From positions 248,001 to 312,000 of the forward strand of contig CAWKCK010000003.1 of the NCBI GenBank assembly GCA_963848135.1: a DNA stretch of 64,000 nucleotides. The letters run 5' to 3'. Of this stretch, positions 9,476 through 17,268 are shown piece after piece; the stretch's first letter is position 1; each line of letters starts with the position of its first letter. The notes below the pieces were generated by a model. It was not told the DNA's origin. It did no database searches and saw only the letters and a program-made list of their open reading frames with translations. Source of the stretch: an uncultured delta proteobacterium. Its GTDB lineage: Bacteria; Desulfobacterota; Desulfobacteria; Desulfobacterales; SG8-13. A program made the translations under genes and the position numbers.

Positions 9476-11401
9476 ATGAGAGTCTTGTCACCCGTGAACA
9501 GCCGCTCTGTATTTTCTGTTTGCTTGGTCTTATCAACCCTGGTGCTCAGCCCGATGGTCCAAGTAGCGTTGGGGTCAGATGACGAGACCCTTTCTATATC
9601 ACGCGTGGTTTGGCGCGCGAACAGGAATCTCATCAGGGTGAACGGGTCCGGCGACAAAGATAATCTGCCGCTTACGGTAAAGGATGCGGACAGCGGCAGC
9701 ATTTTGGGAAATGTCACCCGAGTGCGAGACGGAAGTTGGTCCTTTAGAAAACGGAACCCTGAAACCGTCCCCTGCATGATTATCGTCAGCGATCGGGATG
9801 GACAAACGGCAGTATCTGGCTACACATCCGACCCACCCGAAGTATGTGCAAACATACCATCAGAACCACCGGTGGATAACCCCCAGGAACCCGACACGAC
9901 GCCACCGGAGCCACCTGTACCGCCACCCACGGAACCTGTCCAAGGGTCGCACGCGGGACGGTTTTCAGTGTTTGAAGGCACCGGGACTTGTCTGGCCTGC
10001 CACAGGGAGGAAGCCGAGGACGTCCACGCCTCGGTCCATTACCAGTGGAAAGGCGATGCGACCGAAGCCTTCGGCCTGAGCTCGGATGTGGCCGGTAAGA
10101 TGGGCGGCATAAACGATTTCTGCATCTACCCCGACATCAACTGGATCGGCAAGCTAACCAATGTCGACGGGGTCCAGGTGGACGGCGGCTGCGCCAAGTG
10201 CCACGCCGGCCTGGGGGCCAAACCGGGGCCGGTGGCAACTGACCAGGAGCTTGAAAACATCGATTGCCTGATCTGCCACTCCGATGAGTACCGGCGCACC
10301 GTGGGCACGGTCGACGGAGCGTTCCGATTCGTACCCGATGAAACCAAGATGACCGTCAGTACCCTTCAGGCGGCGGTGGACATCACACGGCCCTCAAATG
10401 ACACCTGCCTCAACTGCCACACCAAGGCCGGCGGCGGCAACAACTTCAAACGCGGCGATATCGAAGAGGCCCACCGCAACCCGAGCCGTAGCTTCGATGT
10501 GCACATGGCCTCCCAAGCTGTCGGTGGCGCCGGGCTCAGGTGCCTGGACTGCCACGCGGCCGCCAGCCACCGCATCGCCGGCCGCGGCACCGACCTACGG
10601 CCCCGGGAGCTGGCCGACCCGGTCAACTGCAACATGTGCCATTCGGATACCCCGCATGACAGCGGTGAGATCGACAAGCACACGGCCCGGGTCAACTGCA
10701 CGGTCTGTCACATTCCCACCTTTGCAAAGGTGGCCGCAACGGATATGAATCGCGACTGGAGCAAACCCGGGGATCTGGTAGCGGCTACCGGCCTGTACGA
10801 GCCCCATCACGACAAAGGCAACAACGTGGTGCCCGAGTACCGCTTTTTCAACGGCACTTCCTATTTCTACCAGTACGGCGATCCGGTCGTGGCCGGTGCG
10901 AATGGCCGGGTGATCATGTCCGCCCCGTTGGGGGACATCGGCGATGCCGGGGCCAAGATCCATGCCTTCAAGCGCCACCTGGCCACCCAGCCCGTGGATC
11001 CTGTCACCGGTGCCTTGCTGCCCCTTAAGATCGGCAAGTTCTTTATGACCGGCGAGATCCAGGATGCCGTAGAAACCGGTGCGACATTGGTCAACGGCCA
11101 ATACAACGGGCACGGGTTTGCCGATACCGAGCGCTACATGGGGCTTTTCCACGAGGTAGCCCCCAGAGAAAAGGCGCTCAACTGCAACAGCTGCCACAAC
11201 GGCGGCACCCGGCTCGATTTTGCCGCCCTTGGCTATACGCCCAAAACCTCCCGCAACAACAGGCCGCTCTGCGCCAGCTGTCATAGTGACGAGTCTGATG
11301 AATGGTCGCAAGGAGAGTTTTTCACCAAGGTTCACGACAAACACGTCAAGGACAAGAAATACGATTGTAGCGCCTGCCATACGTTTTCTGCTGCACGATA
11401 A
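9476..11401 (+). CDS. Exported decaheme c-type cytochrome with an octaheme tetrathionate reductase (OTR)-like core
   Basis: Signal peptide, beta-rich N-domain, Pro-rich linker, 10 CxxCH. OTR-like motifs HYQW, GKxGGINDFC, GGGNNFKRGD, DVHM, CHIPTFA. Confidence 0.85.
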   Translation: MRVLSPVNSRSVFSVCLVLSTLVLSPMVQVALGSDDETLSISRVVWRANRNLIRVNGSGDKDNLPLTVKDADSGSILGNVTRVRDGSWSFRKRNPETVPCMIIVSDRDGQTAVSGYTSDPPEVCANIPSEPPVDNPQEPDTTPPEPPVPPPTEPVQGSHAGRFSVFEGTGTCLACHREEAEDVHASVHYQWKGDATEAFGLSSDVAGKMGGINDFCIYPDINWIGKLTNVDGVQVDGGCAKCHAGLGAKPGPVATDQELENIDCLICHSDEYRRTVGTVDGAFRFVPDETKMTVSTLQAAVDITRPSNDTCLNCHTKAGGGNNFKRGDIEEAHRNPSRSFDVHMASQAVGGAGLRCLDCHAAASHRIAGRGTDLRPRELADPVNCNMCHSDTPHDSGEIDKHTARVNCTVCHIPTFAKVAATDMNRDWSKPGDLVAATGLYEPHHDKGNNVVPEYRFFNGTSYFYQYGDPVVAGANGRVIMSAPLGDIGDAGAKIHAFKRHLATQPVDPVTGALLPLKIGKFFMTGEIQDAVETGATLVNGQYNGHGFADTERYMGLFHEVAPREKALNCNSCHNGGTRLDFAALGYTPKTSRNNRPLCASCHSDESDEWSQGEFFTKVHDKHVKDKKYDCSACHTFSAAR

Positions 11402-11410
11402 TCCCTCACT

Positions 11411-11457
11411 AAAAATAAAGACGGATAAGACGATGGTTCTTATCCGTCTTTATTTTT
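11411..11457 (+). terminator. Long hairpin terminator after the cytochrome gene
   Basis: Perfect 20-bp stem aaaaataaagacggataaga / tcttatccgtctttattttt with a 7-nt loop. Confidence 0.8.
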
Positions 11458-11500
11458 GACTGATAAAAATCGGTCTTTCGGCACAAGTAAATTTTTGCTT

Positions 11501-11604
11501 TTATAACGCTTTCCAAAAATAAATTCCGACATACGGAAGGGCGGCATAAGTGATTGTAGAAAAAACATCCGAATAATGGAATGATTTTTTGACAACCACT
11601 ATAA
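11501..11604. repeat. ~100 bp double-hairpin dispersed repeat, copy 1
   Basis: Aligns end to end with 38802-38902 (ttata..aaaaataaatt..atacggaagggcgg.ataag..gaataa.gga..acaaccactataa). Confidence 0.85.
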
Positions 11605-11651
11605 ACAGTCGCCCACAAGAAGCTGCGCGAATAAACAAGAACAATAATAAA

Positions 11652-11795
11652 ATGTCTATGCAGATTGAACAAGAATTCGAACGCCGCCTGTTGCAAAAGG
11701 ACATCACCAGCCGGAGTTTTCTCAGCTATTGTGGTGTCATCGCAGACGCACTGGGGATGGGTTCGGCCGCCATCTTTTCATCTTTGACCAGATAA
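11652..11795 (+). pseudogene. Remnant of a [NiFe] hydrogenase small-subunit Tat leader
   Basis: MSMQIEQEFERRLLQKDITSRSFLSYCGVIADALGMG resembles the leader consensus ...LERRGVSRRDFMKFCxxxAxxMGMG; the twin Arg has decayed to SR and the ORF stops after 47 aa. Confidence 0.65.
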
Positions 11796-11933
11796 TATCC
11801 TTTCCCTCTCTTCAGGATCCACTCCAAGTCGTTTGACTCTCTCCCCAAGAAAAAGCGTTGATCTTATGTTTTTTGATCTGTATATCGTTTTTTATAAATA
11901 GTTGTATTGTAACACCTCCAAGCCTTTACCCGT

Positions 11934-11968
11934 TCTTCCTTTGACAAAGGGGGACAGGGAGGGGAATT
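11934..11968 (-). repeat. REP-like AATCCCC..CCCCCTTT..AAAGG element
   Basis: Reverse complement aattcccctccctgtccccctttgtcaaaggaaga; same family as 16852, 22362, 35227, 41718 and 41814. Confidence 0.65.
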
Positions 11969-12006
11969 TATAAAGGCACCCATCGGAATAGACTATTGAC
12001 ATTTGC

Positions 12007-12230
12007 TGTAACTAACAGCGAGGTTCTCCGGTTAAATTTAGAGATGGTTCTATACACCATTTCACCCTTGTCGTGGTTTATCCAGCAAAGCGGAGCAGTG
12101 AAATTCTCTTTCAACTTCCTTCGGCAGTTTCTGCCAATCAAAGGAAGGGAAAAACACATGCACCATGACCGATTATCAGTTATTCTTCTATGTCTCTTTC
12201 AGCTGGCTTGTGGCGGTGGGGGCGGGGGCG
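12007..12230 (+). repeat. Duplicated upstream region plus lipoprotein signal peptide, copy A
   Basis: Colinear with 14897-15117, including ttcggcagtttctgccaatcaa and the LACGGGGG coding sequence. Confidence 0.85.
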
Positions 12231-12352
12231 GAAGTAACGACAATGATGAGGGTGCCGATCGCGAAATCGCTCATTGGGCCAGAGGTAGACTATTAACGAG
12301 GTTGGCGGTTGAGGTGCCGGTGGTTTTTGGGACTATTGAGATCGGCCGATAA
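12158..12352 (+). pseudogene. Truncated lipoprotein (paralogous N-terminus of the nonaheme cytochrome)
   Basis: MHHDRLSVILLCLFQLACGGGGGGGSNDND... has a lipobox and Gly tract like the 15049 gene, then no recognisable domain. Confidence 0.6.
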
Positions 12353-12391
12353 ATCCACGAAAGGTCACGAACGCAAAAAGATTCAGGGTAT

Positions 12392-14800
12392 GTGGTCCAG
12401 ATGACAATTCTTATTCAAAAAATAAATATTCTATGCATTTGCTTTACCGTTATCGTAACGGCCTCTGCGGTCCGGGCTCAGTCCGTCTACCAAGCGGATG
12501 AAAACGAAATCATCATCGCCTCCTCTCCCAATGAAAATCAAACCGTAACCGTGGTTCTGCCCCGCAGGGCCATTCAGCCGGCGCAGGTGGCGGTTATCGT
12601 CAACAGTCAGGATCCCCAGTCGGTCAACGTGGCCGCTTACTATCAACAGGCCAGAAACATTCCCGCCGGAAACCTGATTCAAGTCAGTTTCCCTGCCGGC
12701 TCGACAAGCATAAACGAGCAGGATTTCAACGTCTTGAAAGCCCAGGTGGATGCGGCCGCAGAAGCGCTGCCCGACATCCAGGCCCTGGTTATCTCCTGGA
12801 CGGAGCCATGGAAGGTTACAGGGCTCAATAGCGCTAAAGGCATGTCCATCACCAGTGCCTTTGCTCTCGGTTTCCACCCGGATTATTACAATGACACTTC
12901 CTCGGTATGCGAAGCGACGCGGGCAACACTTTACTACAATACCGTTTCTGTGCGCCCGCACAGCGACTTTGGCCTGCGGCCGACGATGATGCTGGCGGGG
13001 GCTAGTGAACAGAATGTCATTGATCTGATAGACAGGGCTGCGTCGGCCGACCAAACGTTTCCCCAGGGCGATGGTTATCTTATCCGGACAACGGATGTTG
13101 CCAGAAGCAGTCCGCGATTCGTTACCTTCATAAACACCGTCGACTCCTTTAATCGCCCCGATGCTCTGGTGATGGACTACATCGATAACAGCGCGGGAAC
13201 TGCGTCCGGAAATTATCTCAGCAACACCTCCGATGTTCTATTTTATTTTACCGGTCTGGCGTCCGTGCCGGACATCGCTACCAACGGGTACATCGCAGGA
13301 GCGGTGGCCGACCATTTGACATCCGCCGGGGGAGTATTAACCGGCCCTAACCAGCAAATGTCCATCCTCAAATGGCTTGAAGCGGGGACCATTGCCAGTT
13401 ACGGCACGGTGATCGAGCCCTGTAATTTTGCCGATAAGTTTCCCCACACGACGAATTTCGTGTCACCTTATTTTGGCGGGGCAACCGTGCTGGAAGCTTA
13501 TTGGAAGTCGGTGCGGACGCCCGGAGAAGGTATCTTTGTCGGAGATCCCCTGACACGTCCCTATGGCAGCAGGGTCACCGTGGATGATGACGGCGCCATG
13601 GACCTCCTGACGACCATTCTGCTCCCGGGTAACACCTATACGTTTTTGGAAGCCGGCTCGGTGGACGGGCCTTTTACGATTGTTCAGTCGAACATCGAGG
13701 TGCAACAGCTCAGACTTTCCACCATCACCCAGAGGATCGGCAACTCTGTTTATATCCTGGCCGAGGATCTCGCTGACAATATGAGGCCGAATACACCCCT
13801 TCTTTTCTTGCCGGAGGACGGTAAATCCGCTGTCTGGCTATCACCCGAGCTTCAGGCCTACGGTCTTGCAGGAACGGCTGGTGATATCCACAGTCAAACC
13901 CGATGGCAGGTCAGCAACCTGGCGGGTGATTTTTCAATCGGCGCGCTGGCGCTGGATGTCACATCGGATTCGGTGTTGACGACAATTATCGTACCGGATC
14001 TCGTATTAGATATCAATTCCACCTATTACTGGCGGGTTCAATTTCACTATGAGAGCGGTGCGCAATCGGAATGGTCCGATCCTTTTTCATTTACCACGAT
14101 GACTTCGGATGAAACGGATCAGAACATGAATGGGATACCGGATAGTCAGGAAATCGATGATCCGAATTTGGATCTGGATGCCAACGGTACGCCTGATATG
14201 ACCCAGACGGATTTGAAGGCTGTGAAATCAGGTGTAGACAATACACCGGTGGTCATTCAAGCCGGTGCCAACGTTACCTCCATTGAGTCGCTCAGGTGGA
14301 TTGATCCCAACGCGATTGCCGACGGGCAAAACAGACCGGATGAAATGCCGATCGGACTCATTAATTTTAAGGTGTCGGTCAATAACCCCGGTGCTACCGC
14401 CGAGGTTGTCGTTTATTTTGCCCAACCGGCTCCGGATGGTGCCCAATGGTATCAATATAATCCCCTATTCGGCTGGCAGGATTACACGGCACATGCTTTT
14501 TTCAGTGCAGATAGAAAATCCGTTACCCTGGCGCTCATGGACGGCGGATTCGGTGATGCCGATGGCGTGGCAAACGGGGTCATCGTTGATCCTTCAGGTA
14601 CCGGCGGGTTCATCGTGGATCCTTCAGGTACCGGCACCGCGACGCCCGAAAGAGTAGATGCTTCGTCATCTAGCGGTGGTTGTTTCATTTCGTGCATTAA
14701 TAGAGATCACCACGAAGCCCTACAGAGCATCTGCTTCGCCCTCATACTTGCTGCGGCTGCCCTTTTCAGCGCATTACTGCAAAAATCAAAGTCATTTTGA
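12392..14800 (+). CDS. TIGR03790-like exported protein with FN3-like and choice-of-anchor-U-like regions and a C-terminal GGCFI-TM-basic anchor
   Basis: Signal peptide; AVIVNSQDPQSVNVAAYYQQARNIP, GAVADHLTSAGG, SYGTVIEPC, FVGDPL; YYWRV..SEWS; LMDGGFGDADGVANGVIVDPSG; SSSGGCFI plus hydrophobic helix plus KSK. Confidence 0.75.
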   Translation: MVQMTILIQKINILCICFTVIVTASAVRAQSVYQADENEIIIASSPNENQTVTVVLPRRAIQPAQVAVIVNSQDPQSVNVAAYYQQARNIPAGNLIQVSFPAGSTSINEQDFNVLKAQVDAAAEALPDIQALVISWTEPWKVTGLNSAKGMSITSAFALGFHPDYYNDTSSVCEATRATLYYNTVSVRPHSDFGLRPTMMLAGASEQNVIDLIDRAASADQTFPQGDGYLIRTTDVARSSPRFVTFINTVDSFNRPDALVMDYIDNSAGTASGNYLSNTSDVLFYFTGLASVPDIATNGYIAGAVADHLTSAGGVLTGPNQQMSILKWLEAGTIASYGTVIEPCNFADKFPHTTNFVSPYFGGATVLEAYWKSVRTPGEGIFVGDPLTRPYGSRVTVDDDGAMDLLTTILLPGNTYTFLEAGSVDGPFTIVQSNIEVQQLRLSTITQRIGNSVYILAEDLADNMRPNTPLLFLPEDGKSAVWLSPELQAYGLAGTAGDIHSQTRWQVSNLAGDFSIGALALDVTSDSVLTTIIVPDLVLDINSTYYWRVQFHYESGAQSEWSDPFSFTTMTSDETDQNMNGIPDSQEIDDPNLDLDANGTPDMTQTDLKAVKSGVDNTPVVIQAGANVTSIESLRWIDPNAIADGQNRPDEMPIGLINFKVSVNNPGATAEVVVYFAQPAPDGAQWYQYNPLFGWQDYTAHAFFSADRKSVTLALMDGGFGDADGVANGVIVDPSGTGGFIVDPSGTGTATPERVDASSSSGGCFISCINRDHHEALQSICFALILAAAALFSALLQKSKSF
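14575..14635 (+). repeat. In-frame 30 bp tandem duplication (G.IVDPSGT x2)
   Basis: cggggtcatcgttgatccttcaggtaccgg / cgggttcatcgtggatccttcaggtaccgg, 28/30 identical. Confidence 0.9.
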
Positions 14801-14896
14801 GTTCGGGCCGGCTGGCCATTTGATTTTACTGACACCAAAATGTCTAGGTGCGGACGAAGCCGGAAAAACATGGTGTTGATTTTATCTTTTTTAGAT

Positions 14897-15117
14897 TGTA
14901 ACTATCGGCGAGGTTATCCGTTTAAGTTTAGAGAAGGTTCTGTACATCATTTCCCCCGTGTCGCGGTATTATCCAGCTGATCAGAGTAGTGAATTCCTCT
15001 TTCAATTTTTTTCGGCAGTTTCTGCCAATCAATAGAAAGGAAAAGCGTATGCGTTACCGGCAATCATTTGTCCTTCTTTCATGCCTCCTCTTGCTGGCCT
15101 GCGGTGGCGGGGGCGGG
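14897..15117 (+). repeat. Duplicated upstream region plus lipoprotein signal peptide, copy B
   Basis: See copy A at 12007-12230. Confidence 0.85.
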
Positions 15118-16794
15118 AGCAGCAGCCGTGTCGACGGAGATGACGGAGACCCTGGTGGCGGCACAAATCCCCCACCTGTAACATCCGACGCGGCCACCGT
15201 GCTGGCCTTCAATGATCTGGGCATGCACTGCATGGACCGCGAGTTTTCGGTGTTCTCCATCCTGCCGCCTTTCAATGTCGTCCATTCCCAGGTGGTGCTG
15301 CGCGATGCCAACGGCCGGCCTTACCTGGCAGATGATTTTGATGTGGACGTTTTCTACGATGCTGTTAGCGATCCCTCCGGCTCAAAAAATTCATACAGTA
15401 TGGGTGTGGCCAAAACTGATTTCTGGCAATACGCCAACAGCCTGTTCGTCGGCGCCAACCTGGCGGCCGGGGAAGGCTTGACGGGCCTCTACATGCCGGC
15501 CGACGACCCGCAGAACCGGGGCGCCCAGCCTATGGAACACAGTAACGCCCAGGGCTGGTTTTCGGCCGAAGGGGTTCCGATCACACCGGTGGACGACGCT
15601 CTCAACGACAACACCTATCCACTCCTGCGCATCGCCGCCTTAGATAAAGGCGGCAACCAAATCGGTCACCTCGACGTGGTGGTGCCGGTGGCCACCGAAA
15701 CCGATTGCCAGGCCTGTCACGCAACTGGGACAATCGCCGCGCAGGGGCCTGGGCCCGGTAGCGGTTGGGCAGATCTGCCTGATAAAGAAGTGGAGAGCAA
15801 GCTCAACATCCTCAAACTGCACGATGACGAAAAAGGCACGAGTCTCGAGTCTTCTCAGCCGGTCCTCTGTGCCCAGTGCCATTACTCCCCGGCCCTCGAC
15901 CTATCGGGCGCAGGAGAACCTAACCCTCCCATTGCGCCAAAATTTTCCGTCGTGATGCACGAGTTTCACGGAAACCTTGGCGTGTTTCAAGGGGCCAATA
16001 CGGTGGAGACGAACTGCTACCAGTGCCATCCCGGTAACATTACCCAATGCCAGCGCGGGGCCATGGCCACCGGCGGGATGGACTGCTTCGACTGCCACGG
16101 CGACATGCTGGCGGTGGGCGGTGCTTTCAACCTGCAGCCGGGCGGCAGTATCGACGGCACCAACGACGGCCAAACTCGGCGCCCCTGGCAGGACCTGCCC
16201 CGTTGTCAGGCCTGCCACACCGGCGATGCTATTTCTTATCTCGCTAACGCCGATTTGGTGTCGGATGCCAACTGGCCTTTCCGCCTGCGTCAAGCCTACA
16301 GAACAGGCGATGCTTCCGCTTCACCTCTTTTGGCAACCAACAAGCGCTTTGCCGAAAACACCGACACCCTGTTTCGCTTCAGCAAAGGCCACGGCGGCAT
16401 CGCCTGTGAAAATTGCCACGGCAGCACCCACGCCATCTGGCCCAATGCCGATACGGCTGCCAACGACAATCTGGCCGCCGCAAAGCTGCAGGGATTCGCC
16501 GGAACCATTATCGCGTGTGAAACCTGTCACGAGACAGGCAGTTTGCCCCGAACGACCAGCGGCCCCCACGGCCTTCACAACGTCGCCGACGCCCGCTGGT
16601 ACGATGATGGGCATGAAAACTTCTATGAGAACAACAAGGCCGGCTGCAAGGCTTGCCACGGACTTGATTTAATGGGCACGCCATTGGCCAAAACAGCGAC
16701 GGCGCGCAGTTTCAGAGTGGAAAATAAAACCGTGACGTTTGCAAAGGGAGACCTTGTCCGGTGCGATGACTGCCACGACATGCCGGATTTATAA
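15049..16794 (+). CDS. Nonaheme c-type cytochrome lipoprotein
   Basis: ATG 15049 after AAGGA; lipobox LLAC then Gly tract; NDLGMHC motif; 9 CxxCH. Confidence 0.9.
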   Translation: MRYRQSFVLLSCLLLLACGGGGGSSSRVDGDDGDPGGGTNPPPVTSDAATVLAFNDLGMHCMDREFSVFSILPPFNVVHSQVVLRDANGRPYLADDFDVDVFYDAVSDPSGSKNSYSMGVAKTDFWQYANSLFVGANLAAGEGLTGLYMPADDPQNRGAQPMEHSNAQGWFSAEGVPITPVDDALNDNTYPLLRIAALDKGGNQIGHLDVVVPVATETDCQACHATGTIAAQGPGPGSGWADLPDKEVESKLNILKLHDDEKGTSLESSQPVLCAQCHYSPALDLSGAGEPNPPIAPKFSVVMHEFHGNLGVFQGANTVETNCYQCHPGNITQCQRGAMATGGMDCFDCHGDMLAVGGAFNLQPGGSIDGTNDGQTRRPWQDLPRCQACHTGDAISYLANADLVSDANWPFRLRQAYRTGDASASPLLATNKRFAENTDTLFRFSKGHGGIACENCHGSTHAIWPNADTAANDNLAAAKLQGFAGTIIACETCHETGSLPRTTSGPHGLHNVADARWYDDGHENFYENNKAGCKACHGLDLMGTPLAKTATARSFRVENKTVTFAKGDLVRCDDCHDMPDL

Positions 16795-16851
16795 TCATCC
16801 GACGGTATTTGTAATGAGTGCCAGAATTTTATGCCGTTTGGCTCTTTTTAA

Positions 16852-16893
16852 AAATCCCCCTGTCCCCCTTTTTTTAAAGGGGGGAGGGGGGGA
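16852..16893 (+). repeat. REP-like element (possible terminator role)
   Basis: aaatccccctgtccccctttttttaaaggggggaggggggga. Confidence 0.7.
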
Positions 16894-17268
16894 CGCACTG
16901 TCGCACACACCCTCTAATCGGAACAAATTTATGGCAACAGCTATATCCCGTGTAGATTGTTCTCACTGTCCGGGGGAGAACGGCCGACTCGCTGCCATCC
17001 TCACCCCGGTCAAAGCCTGCCCCTGACCCTTCTAGAAAAAAGTCGGAAAAACATCTCCCATTATTGAGAAAACAATTTCCCAAACTACGGCCGACCTTTT
17101 TCGGCGGGTTATTGAACATGTCATGAATCAGGGTAGTTATATTAAGGTCTTTTTATGCACGGATCTTGCAGTACGCTATGCGATGTATTACGAAAATGAA
17201 TATTAGATTTTATTGATCGGAATCGAATTTTCAACGATCGCGATAAGCTGCTTATAACAAGTCTCTAT

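Noticed and set aside
12345..12392. c-di-GMP-I (GEMM) riboswitch-like words (gaaa...cgcaaaa) before the surface protein gene
   Set aside because: The P2 stem does not pair and there is no room for P3 before the start codon.
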